Positions 1-13,139 of a DNA stretch of 64,000 nucleotides are shown piece by piece. The DNA lies in NCBI GenBank assembly GCA_001642005.1, contig LWCA01000025.1:13739-77738 (forward strand), written 5' to 3'. Both the position numbers and the translations under genes were made by a program. Below the pieces are notes generated by a model. The model was not told the DNA's origin. It worked only from the letters and a program-made list of their open reading frames with translations, and made no database searches. Within the stretch, counting starts at the first letter, position 1. Each line of letters starts with the position of its first letter. Source of the DNA: Intoshia linei. Lineage: Eukaryota; Animalia; Orthonectida.

Positions 1-667
1 GATAAAACATGACTCTCGAAAAACAGTAATAGAAATTGAGTTTTTTTAAATTCTATTACGCTTAAAGTTTAAATTAAACGGTAACACACCTGTAGAGATT
101 ACATTTTATACTAGTAAAAGATACATGTGGTACGATGAAACTACTGTTGTAAAATTGTAAATGCGTCAAAAAGGGTGAGAACCTCTGGTCTATACAGTGG
201 ACACTCTAAAATTAAAATTTCAATGATAAAAGTGAAAAATGGTCTTTTTGGACTTTCACATTTCAACAAACTTGGTTTGACACTTAATTTGAATATTTGT
301 TTTATAGACTTTCATAATAGGGCAGTTAAAAATATTTAAAGTAATTTTAAAATGATACACGATTACTGAATAACACAAAAATAATTTTTATCGGGTTTGT
401 ACAAGTTTCACTCACCATTTTTTTAATTCTTAACTTGAAGCAAAGTTAATAACTACTGGTATTGTAAAATATGATATTTTTAAGGTCAATTTTAACCAAT
501 TCGTCTTTGAAGGATTTTCTCTGTTTTTAATCAATTTTTTTTATTATAATTAATTAATTTATTAGAAAACTAACCCTAGATATAACCATTTAAAAAATTT
601 TTAAATTCCGTTATGTATATTTGTCAAATGATTATGAATATTTTTATCATTTTAAGGTTATTTTTAG

Positions 668-3600
668 ATTTGGTTCTTTTGAACAATTTAAAAAAATGAT
701 TGGAAAAGAGGATGGCACGTTGTCACCAGGAAAGCGTATGCTGTGTGGGCTAGGGGCGGGTATTACTGAAGCTGTTTTGGTCGTTACTCCAATGGAAACG
801 ATTAAAGTAAAGTTTATAGCCGATCAATCTTTACCAAAACCACAATATACAAGCTTTCGTCAAGGTGTCAGCCATATTATCAGAACTCAGGGTTTTTTAT
901 TATTAATTTAATATTATAAATGCGTTATAAATACAAATGTAATATAATTATACACGGAATTGTAGTATTAGATGATATTAATTTGTCTATTTTGTAATAC
1001 TTAAAAATAAGTGCTAGTTATACCAAGGGCGTAATAATTGGTAAAATTTCTAAAATTTATTTCTGTTAGTGTTTATTTTGCTTAGTGTATAGATTATTAC
1101 ATTAATGGTTATTAACAGTTGGGTTTTACTTTTAAGCTAGACATAATTTGAATTGTATGTGATAATCTCTTTGCCCATTTTTCTCTATGGTTCATTGTTT
1201 TTTTAACTGATTAGTAACAAGTAATAAATTACTATTACACAATGTACTCATGATTCATGAATCTCTTTACTGTAATTAATAATTAATCTAATAAAAAATT
1301 TAATTATATCATTATATTCGGTTTTTGAGGCACTTTATAAAATTAGTTATCATAAAACGAGTTTATACTACATATACACATACTGTATTATAATAAAATA
1401 AATATTCATGTACAATATTTAAATAATTATTTATCAATGTATAATATTATTAATTAATTAATAATTGTAATAATATATTTAAACTAAGTTGACTGTTATG
1501 TAATACGTACAAACAGGACCTAGCTCTGCCGAGAGCACATTTTTATTATACTTAAAAAATAAATTCACGTTGAAAATCTAATTTAAAAATCCTACTATTC
1601 CTATTATCAACCCTTTAAAGGAGTGGTTCCCAAATTTGTTTCAGGTGAAATCATCATATCACATTACATTTTACTTTAAAGTGAATTATGTCATTTTAAT
1701 TTTTTGTTTGTTAACATTTGCGTAAAGAATTTTAAAAACAATTGTTATCCCATTTTTTTAATATATTAGACAGAATGCGATGTTAAAATTTTTGATAATT
1801 TTGGTTTGAGTACACAAATGGATAGTTGTCTCATCGAGCCGTTTATATTCATAGGTTTGTTGGCCTATGTTATCTCAGAATTAACTTTGTATTTAATCTA
1901 TGGAGTTTTCTACGTTATTACAAACTTTTATTCAGGGAAGAAATTACCAAAAAATATACTGGAAGACATTCTTAATAATGTATACATATATAATTTCATA
2001 TATAGTGTACCACAAATAAGTTTCATGGCTACGGTATTCTTGATACATATGTTTAGGTCGTGTCATAATTTTTATTATTCGTTACTAATGATTGAAATAT
2101 ACAGTGTAATACATTCAAGACTTACCAATTACGTGTTTTCAGAGTTTAATACGATTTCAAAGATGGTAATGAATATAGTTTGTCAATATATATTCATTAA
2201 TTGCATTTATCTATTATATCACACTATCACTGAAATTTTCAACTGGAATAACAAGTTCAATAATGAAATCTAACATCATAGTATCCATTTTCTCAGATAT
2301 TTTATGTGACGGATTATTGGTTGTTTTAAATAAACATTATTAATTTTAACTTTTTGGGACATTATCATACAATACATGTTCAATTTCAAAAATCTTTCTA
2401 TTTCATATCATTACACAAACTGTGGTTCCCAAACTTTTTCCACCATGGATATCACCACTTTATCAACAAAAAAATCGCTTTAAAATCTAACTGAGGTAAT
2501 ATTTATGTTTTAATTATATATTCATCCTTAAATGTAAAAATTTAAAATGTAGAATTTTTGAGATGTAATATATAAATTTGCTAAAAAAAAGGCACGCAAA
2601 GTATTTATTAAGTGAAACTGTAATATTAATAATTATTCCGTTTTAATTTTTTTTTGTTAAAATTTTAGCGTAAAGAATTTTAAAAACAATTATCCCATTT
2701 TTTTAATTTATCAGATAGAATGTGTGTATAATATTAAAAACAAAGTAAAAACAGTCCAATCCTAAAAATTGTCATGAAATTGGGTAGCAAATAAAAAAAT
2801 TACCGAAGGAATGAATTATATAGATTTTCCCCCATATTTCTTTATTGTAAATATGTAGACGTTCACTGCATATTTTTTTGAAATTGTAGGATCAATATTT
2901 ACATTTTCAATATATATTTTAATTGAAATATTTGAAAAATATTGATTGATAATATATTAAAAATTATTTTTCATCGGGAATGCGATTTTTAAGGGTTGAA
3001 CTTTTGTATTTATATCCACTGGAATAAGCTGTATGAGAATAATATTTTGTTCAATTTTCGGACCGTTAATTATTTCACATTTTTTGTTTTAATAAAATAT
3101 TTCGGATATATTATAATACTAAAATGTTTTGTTGACCGTGAAGTCGTCACTTATTCGGATTGAAATTTTCTGTGTGTGTTAACAGGATACAACTGTACCT
3201 ACCTGTAAATTTTTTGAAATTCTAGGGCTGTTTTCATAAAAAAAGAAGGGTAATTTTTTTTTAAATTATAAGGTTGTTTTCATTAAAAAAGAAGGGTAAA
3301 TGGTAGGGTTTTGGCCCTGAAGATATAATTTTTTTAAATTTAAATTTATGATAATGTTTATGATTTTAAAATCCGTATCAGCGTATATATTTTTTTAAAT
3401 TCTCGAACTCGTTTGATTTTCAAAAAAAAGACAATTGGGATATATATTTTTTTAAATTCTCCAACTCGTTTGATTTTCAAAAAGAGGGACAATTTTTTAA
3501 ATTCTCCAACTCGTTTGATTTTCAAAAATAGAGACAATTGGGTTTTTGACCCGTAAGATGTGAGTTTGGTAGGTTGAAATTAATCGTATTATATCTTCCG

Positions 3601-6600
3601 GAAAAAACTGTAAATGAAATGTGAACTATAAAATTCTAAGACTGGTAGTTATTTAAATAAAATTGAACACACACAAACAAAAATCGCGTAGCATATTATA
3701 TAAGTAAGGATATATAAATGTCAAAGAGAAGATAGGGATGGTAGGGGAGAGAATAGAGATAATAGGTAGTCATTTATTTTATTTTAAAAAAGTATTTTTC
3801 AAATTGAAGTTGATAGTTTTTAAATTTATACTTCATTTCGTTCGCTCTTTGTATACGACAGTAATTAATAATAATTATTATAGGCTAGTTACCGAGAGTA
3901 TAATCTTTGTTTTCAATTTTTTATATTGGATAATTAATAATAAAATTTAAAATAATTTTGCAGACGTCGAGTGTAATCATCAGCCTCTATATATTAGGTT
4001 CAATGTACATTGGTGACATATTTCATTTATTGTTTGTTATTATTGTTATTGTTTGACTTATTACTACTATATACTATTGTGTTTATTAACATTACATTGT
4101 CAAATTAAAGGATTATAGCGGTGTAATATGGATATGTGAGACTATAAAATGTACATAGTTTTTAAAAAAAATTTTAAACGTATTTTTATTTTCGGGTGGA
4201 CTCGAACTGGGTAGGTTCGGCTCTGATGGAGAATGCTGATGGTCATTCTGATCTAGACGAAAGTGAGGGTACATCATTATAAATGAATTTTAAAGGAGTT
4301 CAAAGGTGTGTTAAAATATTTTGTATACGTTATTTTTAATTTTTTGGCTTTCCTGGGTCTGTATGTATCTAAATTAGACTTTTAATATTAATATATTTAC
4401 ATGCTGTTAAGAATATAAATTTATCTCTCTTAATAAAATATTAGGCTTAAAAGGAACATATCAAGGTCTTCTAGCAACAATGATGAAACAAGGCAGTAAT
4501 CAAGCCATGAGATTTTTTGTTGTTGAATCACTAAAAAGTGAATATAGAATAAAAAACAAATTACAATCAAGAGATCCTATTCCTAAATTACTTACTGGGT
4601 TATTTGGTGCAATTGCTGGCGCGGTTTCAGTCTTCGGCAACACACCATTGGATGTAATAAAAACACGCATGCAGGTAAACTTTATATACTAATCATTTAT
4701 TTATAAATCGTTACTATGTAATACATATATATAGGGTGTGCACTAGGGTGTTAACTTTTTTTAAATCAAAAATACACGGTACTTTTATAAATATAATTTA
4801 CGATCGACTGATTAAATTAACAATTTGATGGTCCAGTCATTCGTTTTCTAACATCGTTAACCTACTAAAAATAGTAATAATTGTAATAATAATGATATAA
4901 AATTAATGTTACAATTAATATTATAAACTAGTTCAGATTTCTAAATTAATAATTATTATATGCGTTTTAAAAAATAGGCGGAGAAAATTTCAATTAAACG
5001 TATTCATTTTTGTATATTCGTTATCAGCACACAAAAATACACCTATATGCTAATATACTTTTTGTTCTTTAAAAAAGTGGCCACCCTCATATATACTTAT
5101 TTAGTACTTATGGACACACTACGTTAGTAGATAAAGACTAGTTTATTTGTATTCTCTACTAACGGTGCTTGACTGTAATTGTAAGATTATAATCTAATTA
5201 AGATTACTAATGCCACGTGGTAAAAAATGAAATATTTTTGATAAGACACTAATTGATACTCTGAATTATAACGGTCATAGTGTAAATTTCATGTCAAAAT
5301 ATTTGAAACGGAGCAGATGTGCCATTTATAATTACGAAACAAATCTACCACAAATAAACAAAAAATTGCTGTTTTCGAATTCTTAAAAAAAATTCCTTTT
5401 TCAGTGAATGTGTTATAGTTTTTTTTATATTAGTGTAGCCTGTGCTATGAGTAGTAGGGTGTCACATTTTTTGAAAAATTTTAGAATTTTAATGACGTAC
5501 TAGGTAGATTATATGTATTTAAAAAAAATAAGGATCCGATGACTAACTCTGTGAATTGCCCACTAACGAAGTTGCGCTCATCAATTAACTAATTAAGTTA
5601 AATAATTGTAAATTTATTTAATACAGACACAATATTCTGGATTTCACTCTCTGTAGTGGATATATTTATAGCTCTTTTATATTTTTGTAAAGCCCGTTCG
5701 GTTGGGTCATTTACCACGGGAGCTATTCCAATTTTTTTCAAATTTTTATAAATATAATAATTGTGATTATCATATTTTTTTCTCGCTGTTTCCACTACAT
5801 TTTTGAGATGAATTGATCCCAAACTCAATAATTCCCAATTTGTTAACATTTCATTGTTAATTTTGCAAGCAATCAGAGGATCCCCACAACTGAGCCAATA
5901 TTTTATATAGCCAAAATATATAAATAATATAAATGACTGCATAATATGTGACCTGTTGATTCCCAGAATATAGGCCTTCAAACAATAGATAATTTTGGCC
6001 ATTCATCGAGCATGAGTTGCACTAGGTTTTAACAAATGTATTTTAGTACCATTAAATATTGCTATCAATAATTTGCAACATTCCTTATATTATAGTATTA
6101 ATTATGTACAATGAGTAAGTTATACCGATAATCATCTCGAACCAAAAGACATTTATTCGTTAAAATTTGATTTATATTATTCATATCCTTGTTATAATTA
6201 CATACAATTGTTGTTTGGTGTTGTGCATTATAGAATTGGCTATTATTTTTATATATTTTGGTTACTTTAATGAAATCGTTTCCGAGAATAGATGGTTGAT
6301 CAGAATAACCAAAACATTCCTTAAATACATTTCCCAAGATCAGTTCCATTATATGGTGCCGGCAGGGAAGTTCAATAAATTTTTGATTTAAATAAGTCTG
6401 AAGGTGATCCATTATATATACCGGTATTAACAAATGTAGTGTAGAAACAAATACCTACAATTTTTTGTTCAATGTTCCACTGTTTAATGGTATACTAGTT
6501 GTACTTCCACGACCATCGTCTTGTTTAGGAATTCCTAATATAACTTCATATTTATCAATCACATCTACTGCTACAACTGATATTCTCTCACCATCATTAA

Positions 6601-8486
6601 ATTTTTTTTTATCAAAATAAATAACAATGTCATTCATTTTTTTATTTATCTTTTAAAAGTATTAAGTCTGATTTTCTTTGATGACTTAACCTTCTGCGCC
6701 TAGTATCATGCGATACGTTTATCAATGAAAACGATGCACGTAATGAAACATTTATTCTGTCACACAATCGCAATTTATCTGTTAAATTATCACTATCATC
6801 ATCGTTTGAAGTATTTGTTTCGTCACTAAATGAATATATAAAATCAGCTTTTGTGTAATTTCCATTTTTTTCGATTCTTTTTGATTTGAATTTATTTTGA
6901 GACTGTGATTGACATTTACTTTTTACAGCGACATATGGATGAGAAATTGTTGAAGGACCTGCCATGCTACCAATACAATTTTTTTGGGATTCTAAGAATG
7001 TAATATCTTTTTTCAGGCTTTTTGATTGATCCAATTTTGTACAATCAAACAAACTATTTAGTTTAGTTTTAAATGTTGCTGATCGTAATGTTCCAGGATG
7101 TTTTGACACCTAAAATTGTAGTTAATATATACAATAATATGAAATACAATAAAATACAATGTATTACAATTCTATGTTCGTCATGTAGTTTTTTTAGTCG
7201 TTTGTTAATTCCAACAAAAGAAATTATATTCAAACCAGATTTTTTGTATATATCCAGAATTTCTTTTGAAATAACATTGAATACGTACATTTGTTTATTT
7301 TTCATTAAGTGAAGTATACGTTTCAGGACATCCATGTAGGATGGAAATTTTGATGTATTAAATCTGAAACCCATAAATGGTCCACGAAACATATCGCCTT
7401 TTCTATTAGACATTTTATAAATTTATGCAGTTATTTCAAAATAAATTAAATAATGACAAATCCTATTGCGTTTCAATCTAAATCCAGTCACTAAGTACGT
7501 CTTAAACATATAGTGTATGATGAAATTTAATACGTATTCATTTTCATAATCTAGATACGACTATTGATGTGGAATCCACATTGTAGATTAACGATTTTCA
7601 CTATAAATAATTTAAATTTTGTTTAAATTGTTTAATAGCTATTGTTTTTAATTGAGAAGAGAAGACAACTGGTAATGATAAATATAAATAATGATAAATA
7701 TAAATAATGATAAATATAAATAATGATAAATAATGGATAGTACTCACCAAAATTTTTCAAACGCATACTGGTATCTACTGCCGAAAACCCGGCAGAAAGT
7801 TTTGACACATTTATGACTCGTTCATATTATCACTGCCGAATGTACCGTACGCCCAGACTCATCTTCGCGGGAATCAAAGAAATTTTTATAAAATAGTGGC
7901 CTCGATTGAGTTTAGCCATAATTGAACATTAACAAATTATATTTTTGAATATCATAACTATTTTCTGTGATAAATTTGACATATCTACCAAGATCCTGAG
8001 AGAAGTGGCTAAGGCTATATGAATCTATGCATCGTTTGTGGAATTTTGAATTTTCAGTGACCTCGAGCTGGGTAGGTTCGGATCTGTAGATGATCATTAA
8101 TCATATATCATCCTAACTTTCCATTCATTAATTTATTATTATTTTGTATTAATGGTCAGTAATTTTGATTTTTTAATCGTAAATGATAAAATCAAAGTCA
8201 GTAAAAACGTATACGGTATTTGATTTAATTTTATAATTTTTCCACAAATTGTAATTTTAAATTCAGAGCTTTGAAAGACACAAATATAAAGGAACATTTG
8301 ACTGTGCCTACCAAATAGCTCGAAAAGAGGGTGCCTTAGCGTAATATATAATAAACAATTAAAACATAAATTGATAGATTTTACAAGGGAACTGTGCCGC
8401 GATTGAGTCGTGTTTGTTTAGATGTCGGGATAACGTTTATGATTTATGACACATTTATGGAACTCTTTGATAAATACATAAAATAA
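668..8486 (+). CDS. SLC25A1: Mitochondrial tricarboxylate (citrate) carrier, 3' part; 5' exons lie upstream of the window
   Basis: GT-AG exons 668-891, 4445-4674, 8267-8340, 8378-8486 join in frame. Carrier signatures TPMETIKVK and [11 protein letters not shown]; citrate-carrier motifs [10 protein letters not shown] and [16 protein letters not shown]; stop TAA 8484-8486. Last intron is 37 bp. Confidence 0.95.
1806..2273 (+). other. 155-aa hydrophobic ORF of unknown function inside a Helitron copy within an SLC25A1 intron; possibly a captured gene fragment or pseudogene
   Basis: Long for this AT content, with several hydrophobic segments and no recognised motif. A coding-like continuation follows in another frame after 2273. 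Confidence 0.35.
3385..3545. repeat. Three tandem copies of a ~50-bp unit inside the Helitron-like element
   Basis: TTTTTAAATTCTC(G/C)AACTCGTTTGATTTTCAAAAA..GACAATT occurs three times here but once in the copy near 25650. Confidence 0.85.
4732..5088. mobile_element. MITE with (T)AGGGTG termini, hATm-like
   Basis: Left TAGGGTGTTAACTTTTT, right AAAAAGTGGCCACCCT, flanked by a near-duplicated CATATATA. The same terminus occurs at 5456, ~19085, ~31920, ~42420 and ~53680. Confidence 0.55.
5456..7780 (-). mobile_element. Decayed hAT-superfamily (hATm-like) DNA transposon with a spliced transposase pseudogene, in an SLC25A1 intron
   Basis: Fragments 7413->5598 carry YFD(G)K, ERISVV, CF[D>Y][26 protein letters not shown][W>stop]MAKIIYCLK and VVNDPTER, with frameshifts and a stop. 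Left terminus TAGGGTGTCACATTTTTTGAAAAATTTT; the right end (~7750-7780) matches only imperfectly. Confidence 0.8.
7673..7735. repeat. 16-bp minisatellite (TAATGATAAATATAAA) x3 plus a partial unit
   Basis: Read directly from the sequence. Confidence 0.9.
7900..8100 (-). pseudogene. Transposase C-terminal remnant
   Basis: [18 protein letters not shown] resembles the CHxQxVERxVKLVTEAS motif of hAT-related transposases. Shares CTCGA.CTGGGTAGGTTCGG with 4200-4222. Confidence 0.4.
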
Positions 8487-10895
8487 TTGTTTGTGAATTA
8501 AATATTTTAACGTGTAATGAGTTTATTTTTAATATTATAAATTGATGTGTACATTATTCACAAATGACATTTATTAATTAAATTAGTTGTAAAATATTGG
8601 TTTTTTGATGTAATCACTTGGTAAATATGAAATGAATAGCGGTACTAATAATACTAATGTTTTCCGTTACTTGCATTTATTTGTACAAATATTCACCTTT
8701 GTCGGTAACATAAACGCTACCCACAAAGAATTTGAAGCCTCGAGGTGATACTATAAAATAAACTCTAAAATGTAATACATGTGATAAAATTAAATACACT
8801 AAAATTGTTAATTATCAAAGTAAATTGGTTAATGTGAAATGTCATTGAAAAGAAGCATACTGTTTTAGAGTAGCTTATGATTGAAAATGTAATAACAGTA
8901 TTTTACAAAATTCTAGCAAACGACCTTAAATGTAGTTTAAGAACCGACCTATGTCGATAGGGTCAGCTACCAATTATAAATTTCATTATGTTGAGCATTT
9001 CAACCTACTGCTAATAGATTTTAGATAACTTGCGAACATATTGCGACGCATTCCATTAAATTAGATATTTATAGTATACTTTCATTGGGATTAATTGTAG
9101 ATTTATTTTAAAATTATACAATTGAAATTATTAAGGTTTAAAGAATATCTAAAAATAAATTATAATATTGAAAATTATAATTATAATCACAATATATGAC
9201 ACAATTTTGAACTGTCAGTGTTAAGAATTGGACGTTGAACTTTTATTAATATTTTATGTGGTGTAGCTATCAGTTGTGTTGTGTTAATGTTGTAATATAC
9301 AAATATATTATTGCTTTTATCATGCAATGAAATTATACTATGATCCTTCACATTTCAACTTTCACATGGTGTGTGACTTGAATTTAAATTTTTGTAATTT
9401 ACACTGGTTGGTTTTTAATTTATGCCATATATTTTATTTTTTGGTCATTATATAGGGCTTATTAACATAATTTATTAAATTTATTTTAATTTGATTGAGA
9501 TTTTGATCTTGGATTAGGAAGTGAAATTAAAGTTATTCTTTTACCTGGCTACTACTGAGTGGGTTAAAGATTAAAGTTTTAGTGGATAATTCTAAATGTG
9601 ACTAAAATAAGGTTTTCTAGATATTTTAATAATATTTTTGAATACTAGTAGACGGGAATTTTAAATAAACGTTTTTCAAGGTTAATGTTTTGATAAACCT
9701 AAACTGATAATTTGCTAAATATTTATACAAGGTGGGTCCAAGAAAATGAGGGACACGAGGGTCAAAAATAGCAATATGGAAAGTTGGTAGCCATGATTGT
9801 TTTTTAAAATTACCCTATTTATATGATTAATCTTAAGACATCATGAATCACAACCGTCTCAAGGCGCATAGTAGCAGTTTCAGTTTTTCAGTGTACAAAG
9901 AAAGTACTTAAGTTCAATTTCACTTAAGATACTTCCAATTTGCTTCTTGTTTAAATTATAATATTTGCATATCTTTAAAAAGTTTTTTTAACATGTATAA
10001 TATTATATTAAATAAATACTGCTCCCGACACTAAAAGTTGGTATACAACATCTTTTAAAAAAATTCGTTAAATAATTTATTTTTTTAAAAATTTTGACTA
10101 ATTTATTCGACCGACCATCATAATAAGCGCAGATCGCAGCATGTGGTCCGTGGACTGCCCTTTGGATCAAACTGGTCTATATAAAGAAAATATGGCATTA
10201 TTCAATGCATTGATGTTATCTTGGCAATTTAATATTACGGCTGATAGTTTCTACATTCCAGTCGACATAGAATAAGATATCGGGGTAGTGGAGAGGGGCT
10301 AGGATCATATGACTACTATGGTAAATTAGTGTGTGATGTTAGAAAAAAATTTTTACAGTGGGGAAAAATTCTGTTACTAAACAGGGTAACGCTGAAAAAA
10401 ACTGAAAAAAAAAATGGATGAACTAATAGTTGCATATTTAGAAATAAATTTTTGAGCAATATTAACAAAAAAAAATTTTTTTTTTATAAATAATTTTATA
10501 AGTAAATTCCAGCTACCAATCTATCCGGTTCGTGATACATAAATAAGAGGTGAAAGATCGCTGAAATATAAAATAATTAAATGAATATAATGAAATTAAA
10601 AGAGATGATAATAAAATGGAAAAGCGTATGGATAAAATATATAAGGATGCATTGTAAAATATTGATTTGTGTATTACGATAGATTATTAAATGATTAAAT
10701 AAACGGCAATACCAGTCTAATGTTAATGTTGAGTAATATTAGAATATTGGTTAGGATTAGAATGGATTTCGTATTGTAAAATTTTATTTAATAATTTATT
10801 AACTATAATGAATATGTAAAACTCTGAAAGGGCTAATACTAATAATGTATTTTCGAATTTTTATCAACATTAATATTATTAAATCAAACTAAATA

Positions 10896-11076
10896 CAGTG
10901 GCGGATCCAAGAGACTAATTAATGGGGTGCGAGCGAAGCGAACAATACATTTAACTTCGCCGAAGACGAAAAATTATTAAGGGGGTCTCTTTAACATTAA
11001 CATTACAACATTACAAAACAGTAATTAAAAATTTAGGGGTGAAACTGCACCTTCTTCACCCCTTGAATCCGCCCTG
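10896..11076. mobile_element. MITE with CAG(T/G)GCGGAT.CAAG TIRs
   Basis: CAGTGGCGGATCCAAG ... CTTGAATCCGCCCTG, internal GCGAGCGAAGCGA motif; no clean TSD. Confidence 0.7.
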
Positions 11077-13139
11077 AAATATACTCGTAGATCAACTTTG
11101 ATATTTTTAGTGAAATTTTATTGATATGGATTTAATATACATAAATATTCCATTTAAACTCTGTTTGATTGAAAATTTGATATTAATGATATTACCAACC
11201 TATTTAATAATCAACTAATTAACAATTAACATTTGTTACAGCTTTAACAGTAAAAAATGTGATAAATTGTAGAATATTTTTTTTGATGATTTTAGTGAAA
11301 ATTTAATTAATTGAGGTTACGTATTATATTGAATAGTGAGATAAAAATGTAGTTAAGAGTTATTTCCGAAATTCAAAAAAATTTATTCACGTAATTAGAC
11401 TATAAAATGTTAAGACGCTATGAATTGAATTTATTATTTACGTTAAACATTTAGTGTATGAAAAAATTATGAATTATAACCACAAAATGGTGATCCATCG
11501 CTAGTTACTGATAACTGAACATTTTAATTAACATTAATATAATTATAATTAACATCAATAATTATAAATTTTTTATTTTTTTTCTAGTTTACCCGACCCA
11601 CGAACTGTTAGCTTATAATGATCAATGATTTACAAATTTTGTCCAAAAATATTTTTATTTACTTTTCGCATAGATAGGTAGAAAATAATTTAAGGTAATA
11701 ATATTTTTATTTTCGCATTAAATATAACATTTTTCAACAATTTTCTTTAATGCAACTTTCTTTCGACCGAGAGATAAATTAAAACAATCAAGGTTACAAA
11801 AAATATTGATATTTTGTTATGGTATTTAATAATATGTCCAACCATAATGAATCGGTGTGCACGAGCTGTAATGAAAATTTGGATAAAGCTAAGCACATAC
11901 AATTTGAGAAATTTCGATCCGTGAAAATTATTAACTGATACTAAAAAAATACATTAGTGACACCCATAGTCATGTAGAGGCCTATAAGTCCTCATAGTTA
12001 AGTGGCCTAGAGGCTACTATTCTAAATGAATAGGTGATGTTAGAACAATTTTCCGTTCATTGGGCATTTTAATCTTATAGTATATTAAGATTTTTTTATA
12101 AAAGTAGGGATTCGCTAAAAAAATGTTTTTCAATAGTTGGATAAAAAAATCAAACATTTGTTTAATTTGTATAAAGGGTCCACAATTTTGAATCTAACCC
12201 ACTCATTCTCTCTCAATCACTCTTGGCTTTCCATGGCACTGGTGACAACATCAAAAACTATAATTTACTAAATTTGTTGATGTAATAGTTGTACTCAGTG
12301 CCAAAAATACCTTACTGATGCACCTATTCGGGGGACTCGACGAAATGTTTGTAAAATAGTGTCCTCATTTTTATAAAATTGAGTAAATAATGTAATCGGT
12401 AAATTTAACAATCAACTTAAAACATGTCTTAAATAATGCACCAAATGAATATTTATCTTAATGTTAAAACCATTTAAAACCTAAGCAACATTGAGAATTT
12501 AAAGTTGGCATATATTGATCAAGAATCGTGATAGTTTATATCATGTAATAATTATAATATATAAAGTTAATTATAGTATTGCGACATTTTCAAAGTTCAA
12601 ATTTACAAAAATTTAATGTATTGGAATTTTTTGTGATTGACAATTTTTAGGAACATTGTATGTATTTTAAGCTATTTATAATGGGTGAAATCGTCACGAA
12701 AAATTGACCGTGGACTCATAGATTTTCAATTTTTCGCTAATTTACAATATATTACTTACATTACCCAAGTCAACATGTCTTTTTTACAAGTTTCATAGAC
12801 TGCCGATAATTTCATTAGTCAGTCAGACTAAAAGTGATGTAATAAATTTTTGACCAAAAAAATTAGAGACCATAATATACAATACGAAATTTGTATTACA
12901 AATACCAGTGTAGAAAATTTTATTCATCAATTCAATCATGCAGACGTTGAGACGAAGTGAACAAAACAGTTAAGCAAACATACCGGTGACAGCCTTTCAC
13001 ATGCATTATACACCATAACATAGTTATCAGCGATGAATGGTAATTAATAAATGATAGACTTGTTGAAACTTACATTTTTACACTTTGGAAAACACACGTT
13101 AACATTTGTAATTGAAAAGTAATCCAATACAGAAACCAT

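Larger units (their letters stand above)
1484..3710 (-). mobile_element. Non-autonomous Helitron-like element, longest copy of an abundant family, with an internal insert
   Basis: On the minus strand it starts A|TC CTTACTTATATAATATGCTACGCG followed by a (TG)n tract. It ends in TTAG|T (CTAG|T in the copy ending at 24684), with a GCTCT-cggc-AGAGC hairpin near the 3' end. No TIR or TSD. Extensive identity to 24684-25810, 41600-42016 and 48090-48310. Confidence 0.7.

Noticed and set aside
3385-3545. Regularly spaced repeats that could suggest a CRISPR array
   Set aside because: Simple tandem duplication inside a eukaryotic repeat, with no unique spacers and no cas genes.
3738-3950. Short I/F/Y/K-rich ORFs (also 14925, 28717, 44082, 44619, 45216, 57594)
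   Set aside because: Composition expected from AT-rich non-coding or repeat DNA; no motifs.
4195-4215. GTTCGAGTCC (- strand), tRNA T-loop-like
   Set aside because: No T-stem or cloverleaf; the sequence is shared with a TE remnant near 8060.
6004-6006. TGA at a conserved Trp (HARW), suggesting an altered genetic code
   Set aside because: It occurs only in decayed transposons; host genes use TGG for Trp.
9535-9600. TTACCTGGC resembling the U1 snRNA 5' end
   Set aside because: No ATACTTAC start, U1-70K loop, U1A loop or Sm site follows.
10255-12050. Two short related hairpin-like segments (10255-10350, 11960-12050) considered as ribozymes
   Set aside because: No hammerhead, twister or HDV core; better explained as decayed CATAG-ended MITEs.
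12770-13045. Possible Merlin/IS1595-like remnant (VISDEW; a similar ITTDEGKAY near 53410)
   Set aside because: Only short motif hints in broken frames and no matching termini.
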